Numbered from the stretch's first letter, positions 23,729 to 30,526 are shown. The stretch: 32,000 nt of DNA from Planctomycetales bacterium (GCA_022646745.1 CP060262.1:2160001-2192000); one strand, 5' to 3'. Program-made: numbers and translations. Notes: generated by a model not told the origin, from the letters alone.

Positions 23729-23846
23729 TGCGCTGACCTCCCTCGACCGATCTTTGTGAATCGGTTGAGCGCCACCACAGCCAGGCCTCGCTAGCGTTGA
23801 AGCTGCGGACGTAGGCGTAGTTGGTGGTGAGGACAGCGTTTGTCAT
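23703..23846 (-). CDS. Candidate trp leader peptide ORF (MTNAVLTTNYAYVRSFNASEAWLWWRST…), 47 codons from the ATG at 23846
   Basis: Three Trp codons within four (W-L-W-W; TGG at 23781-83, 23775-77, 23772-74) lie 44-55 nt upstream of the trpE ATG. The local ...WWRS(T) resembles E. coli TrpL ...WWRTS. The ORF runs through the trpE SD and ATG and stops 24 nt inside trpE. The initiation site is uncertain, since AAGGAG lies 13 nt upstream of the ATG. Confidence 0.45.
   Translation of the reverse strand: MTNAVLTTNYAYVRSFNASEAWLWWRSTDSQRSVEGGQRNVHAPLSR
23744..23767 (-). promoter_or_regulatory. Leader hairpin between the Trp codons and the trpE SD
   Basis: In the RNA sense, ACCGAU-ucacaaag-AUCGGU is a 6-bp core, extendable to 7 bp with one mismatch. 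It starts ~4 nt after the last Trp codon, and its 3' arm abuts the GAGGGAGG SD. Confidence 0.3.
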
Positions 23847-23898
23847 TGTCGTGTACGTGCTCCTTGTCGTGCTTGAGGGAATTGCCCCTCGCAAAGGC

Positions 23899-23926
23899 AT
23901 TATAACCAGAATTAACGGATTGCAAA
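23899..23926 (-). promoter_or_regulatory. Candidate sigma70-type promoter of the trp-aro operon
   Basis: On the minus strand, TTTGCA/TTGCAA (-35) is separated by 16/15 nt from a perfect TATAAT (-10, plus coordinates 23899-23904). A perfect TATAAT is conspicuous in this GC-rich DNA. It predicts a ~160-nt leader. Confidence 0.5.
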
Positions 23927-24016
23927 GTGAGGGAACTGTGTTTTTTGCTGACTCGCGGTCGGCCGTTCATCTATATATGCAAAATTCCCGCCGGACACCA
24001 GCTGCGGGTGCTGCAT

Positions 24017-24029
24017 TAGAATAGAGCCC
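24017..24029 (+). promoter_or_regulatory. Possible -10 (TAGAAT) placed 7 nt before the rpiA ATG (leaderless geometry)
   Basis: TAGAAT-agagccc-ATG with no SD. The -35 region is poor (GACACC at 17 nt). Confidence 0.3.
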
Positions 24030-24731
24030 ATGCCGGACAGACCCCTCAGTTCCGCCGAGATGAAGCGCATGGCCGCGGTCGAGGCACTGATGCACATCCA
24101 CGACGGCTGCCAGCTCGGGCTGGGCAGCGGATCCACCGCGGAGATCTTCGTCGAGGAGCTGGCGAAGAAAGTCGCCCAGGGACTCAGCGTGCGCTGTTGT
24201 TCAACCTCCGAGCGCACCGCTGCGCTGGCCCGCTCACATGGCATCGAGGTGCTGCCGCTGGAAAGCTTCAACCTGCTGGATGTGACTGTGGACGGCGCGG
24301 ACGAAATTGACCCGCGGCTCAACCTGATCAAGGGCGGCGGGGCCTGCCACCTGCGTGAGAAGGTGGTGGCTTCCTACAGCGAGCGGCTGGTGATCATCGC
24401 CGACGAAAGCAAGCTCGTGAAGCAGCTCGGCGCATTCCGCATCCCGCTGGAGGTGATCCCCTTCAGCCTGCCGGCCGTACTGCGCAGCGTGGCGGCGATC
24501 CGTGGCAACCTGGCCTGCGAGCAGCGCCTGGCCGATGGCGAGGCCGTGATGACAGATGAGGGCAACCTGGTGCTGGATGCCGATTTCGGACTGATCAGCG
24601 ACCCTGCACTGCTGGCAGCACAGCTCGGTGCGGTGCCCGGCATAGTCGAGCACGGCCTGTTCGTCGGCATGGCGGAAGTGGCCTATGTCGGCTGCCAGTC
24701 CGGCCTGCGCATCCTCAAGCCGCAGCCCTAG
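24030..24731 (+). CDS. rpiA: Ribose-5-phosphate isomerase A
   Basis: LGLGSGSTA, DVTVDGADEID, LIKGGGACHLREK. 233 aa. Confidence 0.9.
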   Translation: MPDRPLSSAEMKRMAAVEALMHIHDGCQLGLGSGSTAEIFVEELAKKVAQGLSVRCCSTSERTAALARSHGIEVLPLESFNLLDVTVDGADEIDPRLNLIKGGGACHLREKVVASYSERLVIIADESKLVKQLGAFRIPLEVIPFSLPAVLRSVAAIRGNLACEQRLADGEAVMTDEGNLVLDADFGLISDPALLAAQLGAVPGIVEHGLFVGMAEVAYVGCQSGLRILKPQP

Positions 24732-27700
24732 TACTGCAGCACGGTCACCTTGCCGCTGCCATCAAACTCCGACACACTGGCTTCCGTGCCGTCCGCCCAG
24801 CGCACAGTCAGCTTGACCGGTTTGCTGCCCGCCGGGATGCCGAAGTGCAGCGGGGCCAGCGAGCTGGAGAGGTAACCGCTGCCGGCCTGCTGCTCGCGCA
24901 GCAGCACACTGCCATTGTCAAGTTCCAGCGTGGCGCGGCTGCCCACCGCCCAGCGGTTGCCATCCTTGCCGACGAGGTTCACCGCGAGTCCCGTGCCGGA
25001 CTGCTCCTGCGGATTGCGCCTGAGCACCACCGGGCTGGCATAGGCCACGCTGAGGACCAGCTCAAGCAGGCCGTCGCCGTTGCTGTCGAAGGCCTGCACC
25101 CCGCGTCCGTCGGTGAAGATGTAGATCCCGCTGCGGCCCGGCTCGACTGAGCTGAAGCCACCGCTGCCATTGCCATCCAGCAGCTGGCCGTAGCCGGCGT
25201 TCCAGCGCCCGGTCTCCGGCTGGGTGGCGTAGTAGTTGTCAGCCTGCAGCAGGTCGATGTCGCCGTCATTGTCGAAGTCACCGGCCGCGCAGCCGAAGGC
25301 GATGCTGTACTGCGCTGCCAGCGGCAGCTGCTGGGCCGTGAAGCCGCCCTTGCCATCGTTGACAAGCAGCATGCTCGCCAGCTCATTGGCGTAGTAGTGC
25401 TCCTGGATCTCCTGCGGGTCGCCGTAGATCTCATTGAAGCTGGCGTTGGCGAAGTCATGCCACTTCGGGAAGCGCTCCGCCACTGTCTGCGGCATCGCAT
25501 AGCCGCTGCAGGAGCGGCCTCGGCCGGGCAGGAACTCCTGCTCGCCCTTCTGCTTGGCCTCAACCAGCTGGCGCCTGCCGTCGCCATTGAACTCACCGGC
25601 AAACAGGGTCATCGCATGCTCGTTGTCAGCCTTGTACTTGGTATTCAGCCCCTGGTTGCCGGCCACGATGTCCAGGTCGCCGTCATTGTCGGTGTCCGCC
25701 ACAGTGAGGCTGGTCCAGATGCCGTGCGGGGCGATGTCGATTCCGTCCATCAGCCTGCCATCCACGTTGCGGTAGAGGCGCACCGGGCCGTACTCATCGC
25801 AGGTCAGCAGGTCCTGCCAGCCGTCGTTGTCAACGTCGGCGAAGCAGGCATCACTGATGCAGCCGCTGATCCCTCCATCCGGCAGGCTGCCGGCCCCGTC
25901 CACGAAGTTCAGGTTGCCTTCGTTGAGCAGCAGCTCACTGGGCACCGGGCTCAGGTAGCGGTGCGGCTTCAGCCGGCCGGCGATGAACACGTCGAGGTCG
26001 CCGTCACGGTCGATATCCGCGCTGCAGGCACTGCCGGATGAGACCTCGCTCGTGCTGATCCAGCCGCTCTGCATCCCTTCCTCGGTGTTGAGCACCAGCC
26101 AGTTGCGGTACAGCGTGGTGTCGCCACCGGCCTCGTTGCCACCGGCGGTCACCAGCATGTCCGGACGGTCGTCGCCATTGGCATCGAAGCACAGCACGCC
26201 CATCTCCTCCACTTCGGCCGGGATGCTGCCCTCCATCAGTGAACTCGCGGCGAAGCCACCCTCCGCGCCCATGTAGAGCCGGCCGGTCTGCCCGGCGGCC
26301 CCGGCGAAGTAGATGTCCATCCGGCCGTCGAGGTCAAAGTCGGCAATGCCCATTCCACCACCCAACGTGCTGCGCTGCCAGGGCAGCAGCGGCTCCTCCT
26401 CGAATTCCTGTGCCAGCGTGTCCGCTTCCTTGCGCTGCCAGGCGAAGTCCTCACGGGTGTAGATCCCCTGCTGTGCGGGCGGTGTCCAGTCCTCCAGCCC
26501 GTCACGGCGGCTGATCACGTAGTGGCTGCCGCAGGGCAGGTCGCGCTCGACCTGCAGCTTGCCGTCGGGCCAGATGATCTCAAGCCGCGTCAGGCTGGTG
26601 TGCTCGCCGGTGCCGATGTGCACCCGTGCGCTCTCCGCGCTGGAGTAGCCGCGCGCCAGCGTCACTTCGCTGGCGATCACCTTCGTACCGGCGTAGGCTT
26701 TCAGCTTGGCGCCGACGGCCTGCCAGTTGCTGCCGGGCTGGCGCAGGTCGATCGTCAGGCGGTTACCGCACTGCTTGTCATTGCGCCACACACCGAGCAA
26801 GTCATTCGTGCGGTTGGTGATGATGTCCAGGTCGCCGTCACCGTCGTAGTCCTGGATCGAGGTGCCGCAGGAGATGCTCTCGCCCACGATCCCCCAGTTG
26901 TCAGCCGGCTTCTTGTAGTGCAGCGGCGTGTCGGCGGTGAACAGCACGTCCTGGCGGGGCAGGGTGCCGAAGCTCAGCGCATGCTGCTGCAGTTCCTCGT
27001 CGCTCGCCCCGGCGGCCGACAGTGCAGCCGCCTCGTTCATCGCGTCCACGTCCACGCTGAAGCGCATCGTGTAGCCGTTGGTGGCGAACAGCTCAGGTGT
27101 GCTGGAGCAGTTCAGGTCTGCGATCCGGCAGCTCCAGGTCCACTCGCTGGCCTTAACGCCGGCCAGCTCCGCCACCTCGCTCATCCAGCCGAAGCCGCGG
27201 TTGAGGAACAGGCAGTTGCGCATGTTCTGCTGCGGCATGAAGTTGATCAGCTCCTGGCGGTACTGGTACATGTCACCGCTCTGGATCTTGCCGTCCTTGT
27301 AGTCCGCCGCCGCCATGTCGCCGACGAAGATGTCCAGCAGGCCGTCGCCATCGAGGTCGCCGTGGTCGGCGCCCATCGAGAAGTAGGGCGTGCGCCTGAG
27401 CATCGTGCGGGACTGGTCGGTGAAGAAGCCGTGCCCGTTGTTGATGAAGTAGTAGTCCGGGGTCTCCATGTCGCCGGCGAGGTACAGGTCGGTATGGCCG
27501 TCCTCGTTGTAGTCTCCGGCCAGCGCCATCAGGGTCCAGCCGATGTGGTCCATCCCGGCGTCGGCGATGCCGTTGTCAAAGTGCCCGCTGCCGTCGTTGA
27601 TCAGCAGCTGGTCGTCATCCGGCTTGACGCGCGCCTTGTTCAGCTCGTCGAAGTAGTAGAACTCGGCGGCTGCACCGGTCATGATGTAGCGCCCGGTGTT

Positions 27701-28408
27701 GTGGTCAATGCGGAAGCTGCCCTGGATGTCGGAGTCCATCTGGCTGGCCATGCTTTCGCGGCCCATCCGGTTGTTGGCGACATACAGGTCGAGGTCGCCA
27801 TCCCCCTCGATGTCGAGCGCCGCCACGGTCACGCAGGTGTTGCCGACGTCTGCGCCGCGCGCCTCGGTCTCATCCGTGAAGCCACCGCTGCCGTCGCCCA
27901 TGTACAGGCGGTTGCTGCTGCCGCGGGTGAACACGTAGAGGTCCAGCTTGCCATCGCCGTCCACGTCGACGAACATCGCGCCGGCGCAGTACTCGCCGTC
28001 CAGTGCGAGGTCAGCCCCGGCCTCGGCGGTCACATCGGTGAAGCGGAAGCCGCCCTCATTGCGGTAGAGGCGGTTGGGCTGCTCGATGCCCGCCACGTAG
28101 ATGTCAAGGTCGCCGTCGTTGTCAAAGTCACCACTGGCCAGCCCGGCCTGGGCCGCGATCTGGTCCAGCAGCACCTGCGGGTTGCTGACATTGTTGTCGA
28201 ATTCCAGCCCGGTCTCGCTGGAGGCCAGTGCCACGAAGGAATCCGCGGAGGAGTCCGCGGCGGCGAAGGGCGTGGCCACGACATGGCTGTCGGCATTCTG
28301 AGTGCCACCCTTGCCAGCGCCGCCATCGGCGGTCTTCGTGGTGTCTGTGCAGGAGGCGAGGGCCAGCAGCGTAAGCGCTGCAAGAGCGAGGATGCTCGGT
28401 TTGTTCAT
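24728..28408 (-). CDS. Large FG-GAP/VCBS-repeat lipoprotein with two ASPIC/UnbV-like modules (CRTAC1-like family)
   Basis: Lipoprotein signal MNKPSILALAALTLLALASC. Many D.D.DGD.D(I/L) FG-GAP/VCBS calcium-type repeats. Two UnbV/ASPIC-like blocks (…GAKLKAYAG…ARGYSSAESARVHIG…IIWPDG… and …GSRATLEL…GSGYLSSSLAPLHFG…VRWADG…). Confidence 0.85.
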   Translation of the reverse strand: MNKPSILALAALTLLALASCTDTTKTADGGAGKGGTQNADSHVVATPFAAADSSADSFVALASSETGLEFDNNVSNPQVLLDQIAAQAGLASGDFDNDGDLDIYVAGIEQPNRLYRNEGGFRFTDVTAEAGADLALDGEYCAGAMFVDVDGDGKLDLYVFTRGSSNRLYMGDGSGGFTDETEARGADVGNTCVTVAALDIEGDGDLDLYVANNRMGRESMASQMDSDIQGSFRIDHNTGRYIMTGAAAEFYYFDELNKARVKPDDDQLLINDGSGHFDNGIADAGMDHIGWTLMALAGDYNEDGHTDLYLAGDMETPDYYFINNGHGFFTDQSRTMLRRTPYFSMGADHGDLDGDGLLDIFVGDMAAADYKDGKIQSGDMYQYRQELINFMPQQNMRNCLFLNRGFGWMSEVAELAGVKASEWTWSCRIADLNCSSTPELFATNGYTMRFSVDVDAMNEAAALSAAGASDEELQQHALSFGTLPRQDVLFTADTPLHYKKPADNWGIVGESISCGTSIQDYDGDGDLDIITNRTNDLLGVWRNDKQCGNRLTIDLRQPGSNWQAVGAKLKAYAGTKVIASEVTLARGYSSAESARVHIGTGEHTSLTRLEIIWPDGKLQVERDLPCGSHYVISRRDGLEDWTPPAQQGIYTREDFAWQRKEADTLAQEFEEEPLLPWQRSTLGGGMGIADFDLDGRMDIYFAGAAGQTGRLYMGAEGGFAASSLMEGSIPAEVEEMGVLCFDANGDDRPDMLVTAGGNEAGGDTTLYRNWLVLNTEEGMQSGWISTSEVSSGSACSADIDRDGDLDVFIAGRLKPHRYLSPVPSELLLNEGNLNFVDGAGSLPDGGISGCISDACFADVDNDGWQDLLTCDEYGPVRLYRNVDGRLMDGIDIAPHGIWTSLTVADTDNDGDLDIVAGNQGLNTKYKADNEHAMTLFAGEFNGDGRRQLVEAKQKGEQEFLPGRGRSCSGYAMPQTVAERFPKWHDFANASFNEIYGDPQEIQEHYYANELASMLLVNDGKGGFTAQQLPLAAQYSIAFGCAAGDFDNDGDIDLLQADNYYATQPETGRWNAGYGQLLDGNGSGGFSSVEPGRSGIYIFTDGRGVQAFDSNGDGLLELVLSVAYASPVVLRRNPQEQSGTGLAVNLVGKDGNRWAVGSRATLELDNGSVLLREQQAGSGYLSSSLAPLHFGIPAGSKPVKLTVRWADGTEASVSEFDGSGKVTVLQY

Positions 28409-28472
28409 CTGCAGTAACCTTCCTCGGACGCATGGCGCAAGCGTGTCCGCGCTGGTCTAGCGTCCACTGCAG

Positions 28473-28478
28473 ATTATA
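28473..28478 (-). promoter_or_regulatory. Perfect TATAAT hexamer ~65 nt upstream of the FG-GAP gene ATG
   Basis: The minus strand reads …cctccccTATAATctgcag…. No convincing -35 is present. Confidence 0.3.
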
Positions 28479-28539
28479 GGGGAGGCCGGCCGCCCTCCAT
28501 GGCAGCTGGCATCGTGGCAGTCACTGTTGCGAAAGTGCT

Positions 28540-28698
28540 TCAGCAGCAGTCTGAACCGCTGCAGCAGGACTCGCCGCAGTGGAGCGTGATGCTCACAGTG
28601 GCGCAGCCGCAGCTGCTGCCCTCGGCGGGACGGATGTGCAGCGTGCAGCTGCCGTCACCGTTGTCCACGCATTCACCGCTCAGGTTCACGTTCTTCAT
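28540..28698 (-). CDS. Small cysteine-rich protein (52 aa, 9 Cys); metallothionein-like / metal- or redox-binding candidate
   Basis: Not in the ORF track because it is under 60 aa. Sequence: MKNVNLSGECVDNGDGSCTLHIRPAEGSSCGCATVSITLHCGESCCSGSDCC. SD GAGGTG lies 6 nt upstream of the ATG at 28698. Third codon positions are strongly GC-biased, as in neighbouring genes. It sits directly downstream of an ArsR/SmtB regulator. Confidence 0.65.
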   Translation of the reverse strand: MKNVNLSGECVDNGDGSCTLHIRPAEGSSCGCATVSITLHCGESCCSGSDCC

Positions 28699-28720
28699 GT
28701 CTGTCACCTCGATTAATTAG

Positions 28721-28736
28721 ATTATTAGAGAATAAT
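28721..28736. promoter_or_regulatory. AT-rich palindrome ATTATT-N4-AATAAT upstream of the Cys-rich ORF (candidate operator)
   Basis: A 6-4-6 perfect inverted repeat sits in the only AT-rich stretch (28711-28750) between the arsR terminator and the small ORF's SD. Confidence 0.35.
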
Positions 28737-28750
28737 AGAAATTATCGTCC

Positions 28751-28778
28751 AAAAAAATATGCGGCTAAATGCCGCATA
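28751..28778 (-). terminator. Rho-independent terminator at the 3' end of the ArsR gene
   Basis: RNA sense: UAUGCGGC-AUUUA-GCCGCAUA followed by UUUUUUU. The arsR TAG stop straddles the stem-loop junction. Confidence 0.8.
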
Positions 28779-29103
28779 CCTTCGGGTCAAAGAATTCGGC
28801 GAGCTCCTGGATGGTCTCCGGGTCAACCCAGCAGACGATCTTCTGGCCCTGGCGCTCGGTCTTGATCAGGCCGGCGCGCTTCAGTTCACGCAGGTGGTGC
28901 GATACCGTGGAGGCGGCCACGTCGAGCTTCTGGCAGATGTCGCCCACGCAGACGCAGGCCTCCTTATTGGTCACGAACACCGTGCCCGGCGTGCAGCAGT
29001 TGGTCAGCATGCGGAAGATCTTCAGGCGGTTGCTGTTGGACAGCGCCTGGAACATCTCGGCAAGCACTTCGGTACGGTCGGTTTCTGTTAGAACTTTCGA
29101 CAT
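28765..29103 (-). CDS. ArsR/SmtB-family metalloregulatory transcription factor
   Basis: EMFQALSNSNRLKIFRML…ACVCVGDICQKLDVAASTVSHHLRELKRAGLI (a CVC alpha3-type site plus the wHTH SHHL..L block). There are extra Cys pairs (NCC, C-terminal VCGI). First ATG at 29103; the tracked start at 29139 is a TTG lying in the -35 box. Confidence 0.85.
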   Translation of the reverse strand: MSKVLTETDRTEVLAEMFQALSNSNRLKIFRMLTNCCTPGTVFVTNKEACVCVGDICQKLDVAASTVSHHLRELKRAGLIKTERQGQKIVCWVDPETIQELAEFFDPKVCGI

Positions 29104-29110
29104 CGCTCGA

Positions 29111-29139
29111 ATTATAACCCGATCTAAGCATGGATGCAA
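29111..29139 (-). promoter_or_regulatory. Sigma70-type promoter giving a leaderless arsR mRNA
   Basis: The minus strand reads TTGCAT-N17-TATAAT-N7-ATG (‑35 at 29139-29134, ‑10 at 29116-29111, ATG at 29103). No SD is present. Confidence 0.6.
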
Positions 29140-29186
29140 GGAAAAAGGGGGAAAAGTGGGGAGTTTGGAGTGGGGAGTGGGGAGAT

Positions 29187-29248
29187 CAGTGATCAGTAGT
29201 CAGTGGTCAGTGGTCAGTGGTTAGTGGTCAGTGGTCAGTGATCAGTAG
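29187..29248. repeat. Heptamer tandem array (CAGTGGT-type, ~9 units)
   Basis: cagtgat cagtagt cagtggt cagtggt cagtggt tagtggt cagtggt cagtgat cagtag. Confidence 0.9.
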
Positions 29249-29316
29249 GAGGTCAGGCCCATGGCCTGACAGGAGGCCAGTGCCATGCACTGGCAGGAAT
29301 GCGGTCCCATGGACCG
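29247..29316. repeat. Three serial hairpins with different stems and an identical CAT loop, each preceded by AGGAGG/AGGAAT
   Basis: GTCAGGCC-CAT-GGCCTGAC (29252-70), GCCAGTGC-CAT-GCACTGGC (29276-94), CGGTCC-CAT-GGACCG (29302-16). Period ~24-26 nt. Confidence 0.8.
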
Positions 29317-29570
29317 ATTGAGAGAGAAGAAGGCAGCGGGCATAAGGCAAAAGGCAGGGGGGCAGAAGGCAGGAGGCAGGATAAAGGTGAGAACGGAGCG
29401 GCGTCGAGAAGTCATGCTGTATGCGTGACGAAGCTGCGCCGGATCAAGCCCAGTCCAGGTATGGCGTATAAAGCAAGCGAAGCTGCGCTTCGCGGCTCCC
29501 TTTTTGCTCAATCATCCCTGCATAATGCTGATTGATCCCGACGGCTGGAAGCCGAATCACCGAACTACTG

Positions 29571-29620
29571 CTTCTGCTTCTCATTCTGCTTCTGCTTCTC
29601 ATTCTGCTTCTGCCTTCTGC
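29571..29620. repeat. 18-bp tandem repeat CTTCTGCTTCTCATTCTG (2 full units plus a partial)
   Basis: Units at 29571-29588 and 29589-29606 are identical. A related TTCTCATTCTCATTCTG stretch recurs at ~31310-31327. Confidence 0.8.
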
Positions 29621-29703
29621 CTCCTGCCTTCTGGCTACTGACCACTCCCCACTCCAAACTCCCACCTCCCTTTGTTAATTCTTTCATATTCATCGCCTTT
29701 ACC

Positions 29704-29731
29704 TTGACTAAATTCACGTCGCTGGTAAACT
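29704..29731 (+). promoter_or_regulatory. Candidate promoter of the 225-aa ORF
   Basis: TTGACT-N16-TAAACT in an AT-rich stretch. GGGGGA SD-like sequence lies 5 nt before the ATG at 29764. Confidence 0.4.
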
Positions 29732-29763
29732 AACGTTTAGCAAAGATTGTACGGGGGACTAAT

Positions 29764-30441
29764 ATGACCAACTCCAACAATGCCGCCCTGGAACTGATCG
29801 GGACGGCTCCGCGCCGTCCACTGGACTGGCTGATGGTTTACAGCCTTGAGATGCACGGCGGGCTCGACGATGACTGGCTGAAGGCCAGCGGGCTGGACCG
29901 AGCTTCCGCCGAGCGCCTGCTGGCGCAGCATCCCGAGTACCGCCAGGAGGCCCGCCAGCTGCGCGGGCTAGGCAGGTTGCTCACGCTTGAGATGCTGTTC
30001 GAGCTCCTGCGCCAGCGCGCTATGGAAATGCTGGCCGCTGCCACGAAGCCGGCGGAACTGAAGAGCCTGCTTGGTACACTCTCCGGCCTCCGCGCCCTCG
30101 AGCAGCGCGGGCTTGAGCCGAAACCGAAGCGCGCAGCCAGGCAGCCAAAGCCGCTGCAGGATCCAGCGCCTGCCCCGACTGACAGAAGTGGCCTGGCCGT
30201 GATGCCGGAGCAGTCCGAGGAATCCACAGCGGATGCAGCGGACCCGCGACCGGAGCAGGAGCTGCCCAGCCTGCCCGACATCACGGAGCTGCAGCGGATG
30301 TCACCGATCACCCGCCACAAGCTGGTCAAGGGCTTCCGCACCAGCGTGCAGGAGCTGTTCGATGCTGACAACCTGCCGCGCCAGCAGCGCCGCCAGCTGG
30401 AGCGCATCATCGAAAAGCTGGACAAAGCCAGGCTGCAGTAG
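29764..30441 (+). CDS. Hypothetical protein (225 aa): helical N- and C-terminal parts, with a P/E/A-rich linker likely to be disordered
   Basis: Clean ORF with GC3-rich codons and a plausible promoter and SD. I recognised no family motif. The antisense 222-aa ORF (29838-30506) is S/R/C-rich and rejected. Confidence 0.6.
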   Translation: MTNSNNAALELIGTAPRRPLDWLMVYSLEMHGGLDDDWLKASGLDRASAERLLAQHPEYRQEARQLRGLGRLLTLEMLFELLRQRAMEMLAAATKPAELKSLLGTLSGLRALEQRGLEPKPKRAARQPKPLQDPAPAPTDRSGLAVMPEQSEESTADAADPRPEQELPSLPDITELQRMSPITRHKLVKGFRTSVQELFDADNLPRQQRRQLERIIEKLDKARLQ

Positions 30442-30526
30442 CGGCGCGCGCATCGCGCGACTGGCAGTGGATGCGGCGAGGATAAGATAACAGTCATGCT
30501 TGGCAATCCGCCAAATGTGCTTCGTG

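Larger units (their letters stand above)
29157..29664. repeat. ~510-bp structured intergenic element bounded by a 23/24-nt inverted repeat, with a second nested 17-bp perfect inverted repeat
   Basis: IR1: TGGGGAGTTTGGAGTGGGGAGTGG (29157-29180) against its reverse complement at 29642-29664 (one indel). IR2: CAGAAGGCAGGAGGCAG (29363-29379) against an exact reverse complement at 29617-29633. Confidence 0.75.

Noticed and set aside
23729-23892. Classical terminator/antiterminator trp attenuator
   Set aside because: I looked for a stem followed by a U-run in the leader RNA and found none. The leader ORF is therefore reported as a candidate of unknown mechanism rather than as a transcription attenuator.
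23821-24024. 67-aa plus-strand ORF in the trpE-rpiA intergenic region
   Set aside because: It overlaps the predicted trp promoter and leader on the opposite strand. It has no SD and a hydrophobic low-complexity start. A regulatory role for this DNA is more parsimonious.
26522-28417. 631-aa plus-strand ORF (and 25397-26041) opposite the FG-GAP gene
   Set aside because: It is an antisense shadow of a gene with an unmistakable lipoprotein signal and FG-GAP/ASPIC repeats. The translation is A/V/G/H/R-rich without domains.
28481-28500. GC-rich palindromic stretch GGAGGCCGGCCGCCCTCC as a terminator for the Cys-rich ORF
   Set aside because: Only ~5 bp pair cleanly and no U-tract follows. It is kept only as context for the adjacent TATAAT.
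28499-28720. 73-aa plus-strand ORF overlapping the Cys-rich ORF
   Set aside because: It has no SD and an atypical composition. The minus-strand 52-aa frame has the SD, the GC3 bias and a regulator context.
29187-29248. Possible CRISPR array or iterons (heptamer array; also the 18-bp and other word repeats)
   Set aside because: The units are 7-18 bp, directly abutting, with no spacers. No cas or rep genes are present. I recognised no DnaA-box consensus.
29242-29665. ORFs 29242-29511(-), 29299-29535(+), 29444-29665(-) inside the repeat element, and 30500-31354 ORFs in the tandem units
   Set aside because: The translations are low-complexity read-outs of the word repeats (RSRSRM…, KAKGRGAEGRR…, LILILFLLL). 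There are no SDs, and no frame is conserved between repeat copies.
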